Made by a program: the position numbers and the translations under genes. A stretch of DNA of 64,000 nucleotides, taken from positions 10,418,001 through 10,482,000 of the forward strand of contig CM075991.1 in NCBI GenBank assembly GCA_038087875.1. The letters are read 5' to 3'. This DNA is from Malacoraja senta (Eukaryota). The notes beneath the pieces are model-generated. The model worked only from the letters and a program-made list of their open reading frames with translations, was not told the origin of the DNA and searched no databases. Numbering within the stretch: the stretch's first letter is position 1; each line of letters opens with the position of its first letter. Positions 1 to 11,705 of the stretch are shown piece by piece.

Positions 1-220
1 ACAGAGCTGGTATGTTCTCACCTGTGACCACGTGGGTTTTCTCCAGGTGCTCCCTTTTCCTCCCGCGCTCCAAAGACGTACAGGTTTGTTGGTTAACTGG
101 CTTCTGAAAATGGTCCCCAAATGTGTAGGGTAGTGCTAATGTACAGGGTGATCGCTGGACGGCGCGGACTCGGTGGGCAGAAGGGCCTGATTCCGCGCTG
201 TATCACTAAACTAAAACTAG
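1..220 (+). mobile_element. tRNA-derived V-SINE/HE1-like SINE, 5'-truncated
   Basis: V-domain-like core GGGTTTTCTCCAGGTGCTCC...CCTCCC..TCCAAAGAC and CR1-like tail GGGCAGAAGGGCCTG..CCGCGCTGTATC(ACTAA)n. Confidence 0.8.
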
Positions 221-243
221 TGTACAAGATGGGGTCCGAACTA

Positions 244-327
244 AGGTTTCGGCCCGAAACGTTGCCTATTCCTTCGCTCCATAGATGCTGCTGCATCCGC
301 TGAGTTTCTCCAGCATTTTGTCTACCT
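244..327 (+). mobile_element. Penelope-like element terminal fragment (subfamily A)
   Basis: GGTTTCGGCCCGAAACGTTGCCTATT...GCTGAGTTTCTCCAGC, matching the sequence that follows the GIY-YIG ORF at 18426-18520. Confidence 0.8.
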
Positions 328-707
328 AGTGTACAAGATGATCGCTGGTCGGTGGACTCAGTGGGCCGAATGGCTTTGGTCCACACTGTATCTCTAAAGT
401 CCAAATCCTCCAGCCAGATCCTCCTTACATTCCGACTGTGGCCACAATCAAGGACACTTTAAGATGCCTAGAATGCTCAATGATGTCTTAATCTGTTAGA
501 AGTGTAACTAAGTGTGGCACATGGAAACGCCACCAAATTCACCGCCAGGTCACGTGGCATCCTCGAGAAATTATCCACCAGTCATTCATCATCATTGGAT
601 CTACATTCTGATTTTTTTTTAACACAATGGCATTATAGAAACATAGAAAGCAGGTGCAGGAGTAGGCCATTCAGCCCTTCAATATAATCATGGCTGATCA
701 TCTAAAT

Positions 708-2349
708 CAGGGGTTCCCAACCTTTTTCGTCTTGTTTACCCCCTGGCAACGTTTCGAAAATAAATTTACCCCAACCTGTTCAGTATTTAAGTTTACACTT
801 CTACCATAATAAAGCAACCAACAAAGGGACATTTTAAAATACTGTTTTTAACATTATTATTTAAAGTGGAGAAAGAGGATTGTTTTCCTTGTAATATAGG
901 AACGATCCTCTTCTCCCCGAAAAAAACTGAACAACACAATATATAAGAAGAACCTAATTATACACGATACAATAAGAATTTGGAAACAAATAAAATTATC
1001 CTTAAAATTAAGAAATTTATCATTGTTAATGCCAATAGCGAATAATCCTTTATTTAAACCATCTCTTATTGATAAAACATATAATCAATGGGAAAGTTAG
1101 GAATTAAAAGGATCGGGATATGTATGAAATGGGAAATCTATTATCATTCCAACAATTACAATTAAATTTAAATTGAAAAACAACCAATATTTTAAATATC
1201 TTCAGATTTGCGATTTCATGAAGAAATACATACAAGGATATCAAAAAATAACTCCTGACTTATTGGAAGAAGCAATGAATATTAAAGCTGACTCACAAAA
1301 ATTAATATCATATTTATATAATAGTATTTAAATATAGACCTACCATCGACAGAGGTACTTAGAGAAGAGTGGGAACGGGAATTAATGATAAAAATTACGA
1401 AGGTTACATGGGAAAAGTACTTGATATACATTCACAAACGTTCGATTAATGCAAGACATAATCTAATTCAATTTAAAATTTTACATAGATTATATTATTC
1501 AAAAACAAGACTGAATAAATTCTATCCAAATATATTCCCCACTTGCGATAAATGTTTATCCCAAAACGCAACTATAAAGCACTCTTTTGTTTCCTGCATA
1601 AAACTTTATAGATTTGGAGTGATATTTTTGAAATATTTACAAAATTATTTAAGATAAGAATGGAACCTAATACTGAAATGATTATATTTGGAGTAGTGGA
1701 AGATGGGAATAAATTGAACTCATCTCAAAATTTATTTTTTAATTATGGTTTAATAATAGCAAAAAAATTAATACTTAAATTTTGGAAAAATACACCAATA
1801 CCAACGCTTAAAATGTGGATCGCAAGTATGTTGGATACCGCACATCTTGAAGAAATGCGATCCTCCTAATAGATAAATCAGACCAATTCTTAACGAGTTG
1901 GTCTCCATTTGTCGTCTTTTTGGAAGCATATGGTGCAACACAATTGTAGAAGCTAACTGTTCCAGGACTGGGTGGGGGATGGGCAAGATTATAAATAATG
2001 ATCTCCTTACTTCTTTTTTTATTTTTTACTCTCTTTTCCTATTTTCTTTTCTTCAACTTTCTTCTTTTTCATTCTTTTTTTTTCTTTTTCACACACTATA
2101 TATCTCACGTTTTTCTATCCTTCATTATCTAATTTCTTTTTCTTATTCTTCTTTATTATAATAAAAAAATAAGAAGCTGTACATAAAATGTATTATGTCA
2201 ATATATATTAGGCTCTTTGGTGCCATATGATTGTACATACTTCTAATAAAATTTAAATATTTAAAAAATAAAAAAAAATTAACAAAAAAGTTCCAAAATC
2301 AACAAATTTACCCCCTGGGGGTAACTTTACCCCAGGTTGGGAACCTTTG
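708..2349. mobile_element. Non-autonomous hAT (Charlie-like) element, interrupted by an L1/Tx1 fragment
   Basis: TIRs CAGGGGTTCCCAACC (708) and GGTTGGGAACCTTTG (2349); perfect 8-bp TSD ATCTAAAT at 700-707 and 2350-2357; it splits a minus-strand CR1 3' tail (~635-707 and 2350-2486). Confidence 0.85.
900..2290 (+). mobile_element. L1/Tx1-clade LINE 3' fragment (frameshifted ORF2 C-terminus, T-rich 3' UTR, A-rich tail)
   Basis: Translations IQFKILHRLYYSKTRL...CDKC...H...C (zinc knuckle) and IAKKLILKFWK are typical of fish L1 ORF2; AATAAA plus A-run near 2245-2290. Confidence 0.85.
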
Positions 2350-2849
2350 ATCTAAATTCAGTACCCCGTTCCTGCTTTCTCCCCATATCCCCTGATTCTG
2401 TTAGCCCTAAGAGCTATATGTAACTCTCTCTTGAAAACATCCAGTGGAATGGCCTCCACTGCCTTCCGTGGCAGAGAATTCCACAGGTAGGTTATGGGAG
2501 AGGCTTCACTGCATTACTGCTTGTTCTCACTTTGTCAGCTGGAGAGGGGCAGTAAATCAATGTTGGCATTTTGTTAACGAATGGCTTAATTTCCCACTTC
2601 TATTTATTTCCCATCAAGTTGCCTTGAGGAAGTTAGTGCAGGTCTACAACTCAGGATAGGCTGTGACCCCCCCCAACCCGCACCCCCACCCCCACCCCTC
2701 CCACCCAACTTCCATTCAATATCCAGATCAGAAGGGTTACAGGAGGGTGGGAGGACCACCAGGTTCAAGGATAGCTTCTTCTCAACAACCCGCAGATTCA
2801 TGAATGCTACACAATACTAACCGATGCAAAAATAGGAGGAAAAATAGCT

Positions 2850-3282
2850 TTCAAGAATTATCCCAGGAACGAGTGGGTTAACTTATGATGAGCGTTTGAC
2901 GGCATTGGGCCTGTTAGAAGAATGAGGGGACACCTCGTTGAAACGTACCAAATAATGAAAGGCTTGGGTCGAGTGGATGTGGAGAGGATGTTTCCACTAG
3001 TGGGAAGAGTCTAGGACTGGAGATCATAGCCTCAGAATTAAAGGATATGAGAAGGACATTTTTTAGTCAGAGGGTGGTGAATCTGTGGAATTCTTTGCCA
3101 CAGACGGCTTTGGAGGACAAGTCAATGAATATTTTTAAAACAGAGGTAGATAGATTCTTGATTAATACGGGTGTCAGAGGTTATGGGGAGAAGGCAGGAG
3201 AATGGGGTTAGGAGAGAGAGATAGATCAGCCATGCTTGATGGGCCGAATGGCCTAATTCTTCTCCTATCACATATGACATTA
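2850..3282 (+). mobile_element. CR1 LINE 3' fragment
   Basis: CAGAGGGTGGTGAATCTGTGGAATTC (QRVVNLWNS) and tail GGGCCGAATGGCCTAATTCT. Confidence 0.85.
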
Positions 3283-3683
3283 TGAAGCATGGACGGTTTT
3301 TGGTTGCGTTAAGGATTAAGGACTTGTCCCACCCCGGTCATTCCTTCTCTCTGCTCCCATCCGGAAGAAGGTACAGAAGCTTGAAAGGGCACACCACCAG
3401 GCCAGGTCGTATTGGGGTTATTAATTTGTTGGATTTTTGTCTATTACATATTGCGTCTGTGCATTGTGTTTACAGGCCAGTTACGCAGCAGCAAGCAAGA
3501 ATGTCATTGTTGCACTATCGATACATCTCGCAATGGAACACTCTTGCCCCTCTGGACCTGTTCGCATCGACCAACAGGTAACCAAGCAGTTGATACTTCA
3601 TGAGAATCAATGTGGTGGGCAGGGAGAGCAAGAACATTTTAATTTTGTAAAAAAATGGTGTCTATCAACAGCAAAAATACAGG

Positions 3684-3894
3684 GCGGCACGGGGGCGCAG
3701 CGGTAGATATTGCTGCCTTACAGCGCCAGAGACCCGGGTTTATCCTGGCTACGTGCGCTGTTTGTATGGAGTTTGGACGTTCTGCCCGTGACCTGCGTGG
3801 GTTTTCACCAGTGGATCTCCGCTTTCCTCCCACACTCCAAAGTACAGGTTTGTGGGTGGATTGGCTTCTGTAAATTGTCCCTAGTGTGTGCAGG

Positions 3895-3930
<36 letters not shown>

Positions 3931-4350
3931 GATTTTATTTATATAGTGCTTTTCAGGACTCAAAGTCGCTTTACAATTGAGAGTCAGGAATAAACAAAAC
4001 AAAATAGAGCTGTAAGACAGAGGGGAGGGGAACATGGGACTAAGGGTATGCAGAGGTGAAGAGATGGGTCTTGAGGCGGGACTGGAAGATGGTGAGGGAC
4101 TCAAAATTTCGGACCGGTTGTGGGAGGGAATTCCAGAGCCTGGGAGCTGCCCTGGAGAAGGCTCTGCCTCCAAAAGTGCAGAGGTTTGATTTCGGAGCGG
4201 AGAGGAGACCGGCTGATGTGGATCTGAGGGACCGTGAGGGTTGGTAGGGGGAGAGGATAGGGTTAGTGTGCGGGGATCGCTGGTCGGCGTGGACTCGGCG
4301 GGCCAAAGGGCCTGTTTCCGCGCTGTATCTCTAAAATCTAAAAACTAAAA
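3684..4350 (+). mobile_element. V-SINE/HE1-like SINE split by an L2 insertion
   Basis: tRNA head GGCGGCAC.G.GGCGCAGCGGTAG at 3684; body resumes at ~4255 and ends in a CTCTAAAATCTAAA tail. Confidence 0.85.
3895..4255 (-). mobile_element. L2 LINE 3' end with (TTA)n tail
   Basis: ORF GRAFSRAAPRLWNSLP...FQSRLKTHLF; near-identical to 12864-13215; AGGATA occurs on both sides. Confidence 0.9.
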
Positions 4351-4634
4351 TAACAGAAAAACTACTTTCAAGTGAAACTGAGGAGATGTAGGGGCCACAA
4401 GACTGTAACCCAGACTGTATTATGGTTTTCTTCTCATGTCGATTAGTGTTATGCATAATTGAAACCTGATTAGCAGTTGATGGATCTTTGATCTACGATC
4501 GCTTGGCCAATTTCCCAGCAACTGTTTGGCTTTGTACACTGTGCTCCTCTCTCTGAACCACTACTGTTGGAGGTGACTCCCTCCTGAGATATGTGTCTCC
4601 GCACTAGAGTTGCAGTGATGCGGCAGGCAGGAAG

Positions 4635-5695
4635 GCACACCAACGCCTCTACTTCCTGAGGAGAGTGAGCATATTTGGCATGTCTCCAGTGACGCTGACA
4701 AACCTCTACAGATCCACCACAGAAAGCGTACTGTCGGCTCGCATCACAGTTCGGTTTGAGAATAGAACCTTGGTTTGTGGATGGAGCATCTGTCCATCGC
4801 ACAGACCAGACTTCCCACTATCGACTCCATCTACGCCTCCCGCTGCTTCAGAAAAGCAGCCGACATAATCGAAGGTAGACAAAAGTGCTGGAGAAACTCA
4901 GCGGGTGCAGCAGCATCTATGGAGCGAAGGAAATAGGCGACGTTTCGGGCTGAAACCCTTCTTCAGACTGATGCAGGGTGGGGGGGGGTGGGGGAGGGGG
5001 GAGAAGATAGGAAAAAGGAAGAGGAGGAGCCCGAGGGCTGAGGGAGAGCTGAGAAGGGGAGGAGACAGCAATAGCTACCGGAAATTGGAGAATTCAATGT
5101 TTATGCCACTAGGGTGCAGACTGCCCAAGCGGAATATGAGGTGCTGCTCCTCCAATTTCCGGTGGTGCTCACTCTGGCCATGGAGGAGGCCCAGGACAGA
5201 GAGGTCGGATTCGGAATGGGAGGGGGACTTGAAGTGCCGAGCCACCGGGAGATCAGGCTGGTTAATGCGGACTCCAGCACTTTTGTCTACCTTCGATTTT
5301 CCAGCATCTGCAGTTCCTTCTTAAAGAAATAATCAAAGACTTGTCCCACCCCAGTCATTCCTTCTACTCCCCGCTCCTGTCCAACAGAAGGTACAGAGGC
5401 TAGATAACACAGGCCACCAGACTCGCGAACAGCTTCTTCCCCTCTGTTATCAGGCTTCTGACTGTCTTTCCATAAGCTAGGGTACAATTCACCTCCACCC
5501 AACTGAGGACATTAGACCTGGTCTAAGTAACTGAAGCACTACAATGTGCAACAATGCTAGATTCTGCCTATATTCTTCCCCTTTGGCCTTTCTGAACTGA
5601 TTGTATGTATATATGGTATTTCTGATCTGTTTAGATAGCATGCAAAACAAAGCTTTTCACTGTACCTCGGTACATGTGTCAATAATAAACCTATG
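4635..5695 (+). mobile_element. Rex1/Babar-like LINE 3' fragment split by a Penelope insertion
   Basis: LTNLYRSTTESVLS..ITV.F motif; resumes at ~5328 (ATAATC duplicated) with HP...GRRYR-like sequence and an AATAAA tail. Confidence 0.7.
4871..5325 (-). mobile_element. Penelope-like element: GIY-YIG C-terminus, tail and inverted terminal fragment
   Basis: Reverse complement of 18140-18520; inverted copy of the terminus at ~5273-5325. Confidence 0.85.
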
Positions 5696-5782
5696 TAGCG
5701 AGACCAGGCAGGTTGAGCGAAATGGTTTTTAGTGACAAAAAACAAACAGAAACTCGTAAACCTGTGTACCTAGTCTAGCTAA

Positions 5783-6084
5783 AACCCCTGTCCCACGGTA
5801 CAAGTTCATTCCAAGAATTCTCCCGAGTTTGCCCTGATTCGAACTCGGAGATTTACGGTAATGGCCGCTCGTCGGTACTCGGGGCTGTAGTGGACATTTT
5901 CCATCATGTTGAAAAATCTTCACGAGTCTTCCCGAGCTTACCTGCCGTTGGCGAGTCTTCCCGAGTACCTGCCGTTAGCGCTAAGAGACGTCCCCGAGCT
6001 CCGACGTACCCGCTACGTTCATTCTCCGTGCTTACCACGAGTTCGATTTTTTAAAAACTCGGGATAGCTCTTGGGACAGGGCTA
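5783..6084. mobile_element. PIF/Harbinger-type MITE (~300-bp family)
   Basis: TIR CCCCTGTCCCAC...TGGGACAGGG with TAA/TTA flanks; internal sequence shared with copies at 39379, 55916 and 60259. Confidence 0.8.
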
Positions 6085-6659
6085 TTACGGACACAGCTCC
6101 TGTCGATGGGAGGAGCGCTAATAACTAACTAAAAGCCCGTGAACAAACCCCCGCGGGTCACGTGACCTGTCAATGACGAGGGTTCTGACTTCCCAGTCCC
6201 ACCACTAGGCGCAGCTACACCTAAATCTAATTGAGGTCTACACCATTTCTGGTGCTCCTATAATGTCACCCACATGTTGCCCACAAGCCAGTATCACTCC
6301 TGCAATCTGCCCATTGCGCCATTTTAATTGAAACACAAAATATTTTCCAACCACTACCTGACTAAACCTTGAGTTTAGTTTATTGTCACGTGTACGGAGG
6401 TACAGTGAAAAAGCTTTTGTTACGTGCTAACTAGTCAACGGAAAGACAATGCATGATTACAATCGAGCCGTCCACAGTGTACAGATACATGATAAAGGGA
6501 ATAACTTGAATAACGTTTAGTGCAAGATGAAGCCAGTAAAGTCCGATCAAATATAGAGATAGTCTGCGCTGTCCCCAATGAGGCAGAAGGTCATGTGATA
6601 GGAGCAGAATTAGGCCACCCGGTGAGAACGGCCAGGAACATCGGGCCTAGAGGCAATAG

Positions 6660-7030
6660 CGGAGGCCTCAATAGGCCTGACTGTGGGAGAACTGGGGATG
6701 GGGACTGGACGTTGTGCCTTCCCCCACAGTGGTAACCATTGTGGGGGGATGATTTTTGTATGTAGTGTCTATTTTAGTCTGTGTCCAAGATGGCGGTCGG
6801 AAGGGAGAGTGGACGCTGGCGCGGTTTAGCTGCCGCTGCTCTCTTTTCACATTGTGTTTCTGCTTTTTTTTGTCTTTGGATCGAATTCTGTCTTTAATTT
6901 GTGTATTGGTGATGTCTATATAATTTATTTTACTCCGATTATATGTTTCTTACTTGTTAAACTCTGTAAGGTGTCCTTGAGACTTTGGTATAAGCGCCCA
7001 TAAATAAAATGTATTATTGTTATTATTATC
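6660..7030 (+). mobile_element. Non-coding retroelement with an L2-type (ATT)n tail; second copy inverted at 17570-17945
   Basis: Ends TGTAAGGTGTCCTTGAGAC...GCGCCCATAAATAAAATGTATTATT; two dispersed copies in the window. Confidence 0.65.
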
Positions 7031-7116
7031 ATGTTTACACTGCCATTCAATCATGGCTAATCTATCTCTCCCTCCTATTCTCCTGCCTTCTCCTCATAAC
7101 ATCTGACAACTGTACA

Positions 7117-7300
7117 AGAAGGAACTGCAGATGCTGGAAAATCGAAGGTAGACAAAATTGCTGGAGAAACTCAGCGGGTGCAGCAGCATCTATGGAGCGA
7201 AGGAAATAGGCAACGTTTCGGGCTGAAACATTGTCTATTTCCTTCGCTCCATAGATGCTGCCGCACCCGCTGAGTTTCTCCAGCAATTTTGTCTACCTTC
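7117..7300. mobile_element. Palindromic Penelope terminal element (subfamily A)
   Basis: Head-to-head arms GAAGGTAGACAAAATTGCTGGAGAAACTCAGCGGG... / ...CCCGCTGAGTTTCTCCAGCAATTTTGTCTACCTTC. Confidence 0.85.
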
Positions 7301-7971
7301 TGACAACTGTAGTTCAGGACTGGTCTCTAGTTGTTGGTAGGATGGTTCAGTTGTTATCAGGCATGCTCCACAATGTTGTTCAAAAGATCAGTTTGTACCA
7401 GCTAGGGGTAGCAGTGGCTTTTAAGCCTTGTTTGGTCTTCACAGACGCTCCAGTTAAAAAAGCAATTGAATATCATGAGCTGATGCCCAGGAATGACATA
7501 TTACATCCAGCGTACCACACACAAGTTCCGACTATGCCCTGGAGAGCAGTGAACTTTAATCCTCATGAAGTCACGGTGGAAATAATCAAATTTTGATCTG
7601 GTTGAAAATCTGGTCAACTTCCTACAGATGCCATTATCTCACCTAGTGTATAATGAATGGTAATAAATTCTCAAACTGCATTCAAAATATTAAGTGATAC
7701 TTAGGATTATTGCAGAGGCATTCCATTGATTTCATCCGCGATTCAAGACTTACCCTCTTGCTCTATGAACATGTTAAATCTACCAATTATTGTTGATCCG
7801 CATATGATTTTGTTTCTGAAGAAATTAAGTTATTTGGTGCAGTGAATATTTCTCGTTGATAAATGGGGAATATTATTCTGTGGGATAATAACAGAGTGGT
7901 GTAGAGAAATGCTTTTGATTGAATCAAGCTTTTATTCTGTTCCAAAATTAAAGGCTATTTTCCTTCAGTTT

Positions 7972-8160
7972 CACACAGTGGCGCAGTTGGTAGAGCTGCT
8001 GCCTCACCCGGGTTCAACACTGACCTCGGGTGCTGCCTGTGTGGAGTTTGCATGTTCTCCCTGTGACTGCATGGGATTCCTCCGGGTATTCCGGTTTCCT
8101 CCCACATCCCATAGGCATGCGGGAAGGTAGGTTAATTGGCCCACATAAATAACTTTAGTG
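7972..8160 (+). mobile_element. V-SINE/HE1-like SINE, diverged
   Basis: A-box GTGGCGCAGTTGG, B-box GGTTCAACAC and V-domain-like core. Confidence 0.8.
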
Positions 8161-8184
8161 TGTCGCGAGTTTCAGTTTGAGTTG

Positions 8185-8347
8185 CCTGTGATTCGTTTAT
8201 TGCCGGGGTGGGAAGATTGCAACCTTCACGTGGTCCGCTCTGTTTCGACGAATGCAATCAACCCGGCGTGCACAAATCAAATAAGATCAAATAGAACAAG
8301 TTGTCCAACAACTTTAGGCTGTGCACGCCATACGCAAGAAGAGGAAG
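8185..8347 (+). mobile_element. Possible Vingi/Ingi-type LINE 3' end
   Basis: Ends GCCATACGCAAGAAGAGGAAG, resembling the CCATACG-(GAA)n tails I recall for Vingi elements. Confidence 0.35.
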
Positions 8348-10149
8348 TTTATTGTCAGGTATATACCGAGGTACAGCGAATGTCTTTTGTTGCGTGCTAA
8401 CCAGTCAGCGGAAAGACAAAGCATGATTCCAATCGAGTGACAATAGACAATAGACAATAGGTGCAGGAGTAGGGCATTCGGCCCTTCGAGCCAGCACCGC
8501 CATTCAATGTGATCATGGCTGATCATCCCCAATCAGTACCCCGTTCCTGCGGTCTCCCCATATCCCCTGACTCCGTGATGTGATGTGGATGTGAATGTGG
8601 GGTAACATGGAACCAGTGTGAAAGGGCAATCGATGGTCGGTGTGGATTTGGTGGCTGAAGGGCCTGCTCCCATGCTGTATCCCTAAATTAAACATAACTA
8701 AACTGTGCATGACAAACTCCCAATTTGATACATCTTGGCCTTAGTGTTTGGGGAATGGTTGCGGTGTGATGTAGGGGGAGGGGTGATGCAAAGCGACAAG
8801 AGTCAAAGGGTGAACTCTACCAACTTCTGAATGGTTAGAGGGCCGGGGCCCTGGGAACAAGTCACTTGTCTCTGCCTTGAGAAGCAGAGACCGCATTGTT
8901 CGGAGAGCAGAAAGAGGTGAGCGAATCTGGAGTTGTTTCCCTGGCATCTACCTTTATTTTATTTTTTAAACGGATGGGGAGACATCACACGGGTCCAGTG
9001 GTGATGAGGAGCTGTGACCAATCACGGTGACTTCCAGGGGTTACGTGATGTCAAAAAGCTTTGTATGAGGATCCCCTGGAACCCGAAAACAGCGAGAGTC
9101 TGAACTCGCACACACTAAAAAAAACCAAGCATGCAAACAGTTATCTTAGCAGGGAGAGGAGCGCGTCCAAGATTTCTTTTTTACTCGGTTTTGCTGTCTA
9201 TAAAAACACACTAGTAAAATTCCGCTACACACAAACCCAGCCTCCAGATTCCAGATAATTACTGTCGATAAAGTTGGGTCTGTAGAGTGGCGTGTGAGGC
9301 TGAGTTGTGCAAAAGCAGGTGGGGGGGGGGGGCACACTGGAGTTCTGGGCTCGTTTGTGTTTAAATTTTACCATCCCACCCTGAGTGCCCTCTGGCACAA
9401 CTCACTGCAGGCACATTTTTGCGGGATTCGATCAGAGTTTTTTTTTCTCTCTCTCTCTCTCTCACTCTCCAACATGCAGAATCTCTCAGTAATTACCCCT
9501 TCCCACAATGCAGACTTTAGTAGATGTGAAATTCTGACAGCAGGCATTTTCCTCCCCCTCCCCCTTCCCCTTCCCCTTCCCCCCCTCCCACCCAAGTATC
9601 TTTTTTTTCTTCCGCCTTGAATAATGAAATATAGGAAAAACTCCACAAAGTTCTGAAAGAAGTGCTGGGAGTTGGCGGAGGGGGATTTTCATGTTACCGG
9701 TTTAAAATACATCAAACCACTGGAGAAACATGCTTTGGAAATATGAATACAAAGAAGAGTGTTGTTAATTGCTACTAAATGGGAACAGTTAGTGTGTACT
9801 ATCCACATTGAAAGGATAATGAAGCATGTGGAAGAGTTACTCTTTAATGTTGTCCAAGAATCATTAATTAAATGATGTGTTCCAGATCACATCCGCTTCA
9901 GCTCAGTTTTCTGAATATTGAACAACACCTAACAATTAAAATTTATAATTTCTGAACCCAACTTTTTTATTGAGATATCAATTGACTTCAACTCACCGAG
10001 TGAGATTAGTGTTGACTAATTGCGGGCTTATCAATACAGCGGGTTATGAAGAAGTTGGGAGAGCTTTCTCCCCGGGAGAGTCGCTAAATTGGGTGGATTC
10101 GGCAATAAAATGAACTGAAGATGGAGTGCAGTTCAGATAATGAATCTGG

Positions 10150-10400
10150 ACAGACAAAAGTGCTGGAGAAACTCAGCGGGTGCAGCAGCATCTATGGAGC
10201 GAAGGAAATAGGCAACGTTTCGGGCCGAAACCCTTCTTCAGACTGAAGGAAATAGGCAACGTTTCGGGCCGAAACCCAGAAGGGTTTCGGCCCGAAACGT
10301 TGCCTATTTCCTTTGCTCCTCAGATGCTGCTGCACCCAGCTGAGTTTCTCCAGCACTTTTGTCTCCCTTCGATTTTCCAACATCTGCAGTTCCTTCTTAA
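10150..10400. mobile_element. Palindromic Penelope terminal element with an internal tandem duplication of the ribozyme-like segment
   Basis: Inverted arms; GAAGGAAATAGGCAACGTTTCGGGCCGAAACCC occurs twice in tandem. Confidence 0.85.
10214..10241 (-). ncRNA. Minimal hammerhead-ribozyme-like motif (Penelope subfamily A)
   Basis: Minus strand reads CUGAAGA-A-GGGU(UUCG)GCCC-GAAA-CGUU. Confidence 0.6.
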
Positions 10401-10955
10401 ACAGATAATGAATCTCATCCTTTCTAACTATTGCTCAAACCCATTTCCTTCCTGTGGTCCTTCAATGCATTGTCACTCTTTAGCTTTGCGTTCACCTCTC
10501 CCATACACTCCTTTTAAAATAGCTTCAATCGCATTTCTGTCCTGACCGCAAGGCTGACAACAGCCCTGTTCGATCGCCCAATTTGCAACGCCAATTGCAA
10601 CCAATGTCACTGTACCATCTAGCTTTCTTCAGGCCTTCTCCGGTGCTTGATATGACACCACTGACAAATTTAAACTCTTCTTCAATCTCACCTTCATTAT
10701 CTTCAGAAGATTGGTCTTCACCGGCTTCCAATCAGGTCCTGACAGTACATTGCCCCTTTCTGCCTAACAATCTCATGGCCAGTATCTCCCAGGCTGAACC
10801 TAGGGCAAGTAGGCCCTGAGCTGTGGTGTAAATCCTAAACCATAATAACAATAGGGCTACGGGATAAATGGAGGCGGGTGGGACTACCCCAGAATGCCGA
10901 TTTGGTTGGCACGGACAAGGTGGGCTGAAGAACCTGTTTTCATATGTCAGAAGAA

Positions 10956-11365
10956 CCAAAGATCCTATAGCGAGCAAGATAGTCCACTCGACGAAAAAGA
11001 CGTAGTACGGTCATGGGCAGATTCATGGGTAATTTACGGCCCCATTTCCGTAACCGGCTTCCGTCTCCGCACCAAAGATCCCATCACAGCGGAGCAAAGA
11101 TAACTAGTGCGGAGACGGAAGCCGGTTACGGAAACATCCTCGTAAAAATGAAAGTTCTTTGGTAAAAATCTTCTCCTCATTATCAGAATTATAATTTATT
11201 AACACAAACTGTTCCCCCGCAACGTTGATTACACTGCGAGTCGGGTCGGGTCCGGTTACGGAAATGGATGAAAAAAAGGCCCACGTTCCGCTCCGTTGCG
11301 TACTACACATCAGCCCATTGCATTTAGCAGGAGTGGTCTATCTTGCTCCGCTATAGGATCTTTGG
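10956..11365. mobile_element. Unclassified non-autonomous TIR DNA transposon with 6-bp TSD
   Basis: ~35-bp TIRs CCAAAGATCCTATAGCG(G)AGCAAGATAG.CCACTC; TSD GAAGAA at 10950-10955 and 11366-11371. Confidence 0.8.
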
Positions 11366-11705
11366 GAAGAACTGCAGATGCTGATTTAAATCAAAGATGG
11401 ACACAGTTACTCTGCTAGGTTTTGAACTTTGCTCGTGATTCCGGCATCTGCAGCCTCTTGAGCCTTCAAGTGTTAATGATCACATGTGAGAGAATAGATT
11501 ACAAGGAAATGAATTGGGGGAATGGGACCGATAAGCTTGTTTTCAGAGCCAGCATAGACTTGAAGGGTTGAATGCACTTGATCTATGCTGTCAGGAAATA
11601 TGAACTAGAAATCTTTAAATCCAGGTCAGCAGACTGGAAGGACCACGATGCTACCTTTGTAGAGGTGCTTAGAATGGTCACTCATCCTGTTGTCCTTTAC
11701 CAATT

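Noticed and set aside
10201..10310. CRISPR-like repeats (~30-bp palindromic unit recurring)
   Set aside because: No regular unique spacers or cas genes; these are dispersed Penelope termini in a eukaryotic genome
10525..10819. Acidic ORF (EDQSSEDNEGEIEEE)
   Set aside because: No recognisable homology or splice support; the region may be a very old LINE remnant
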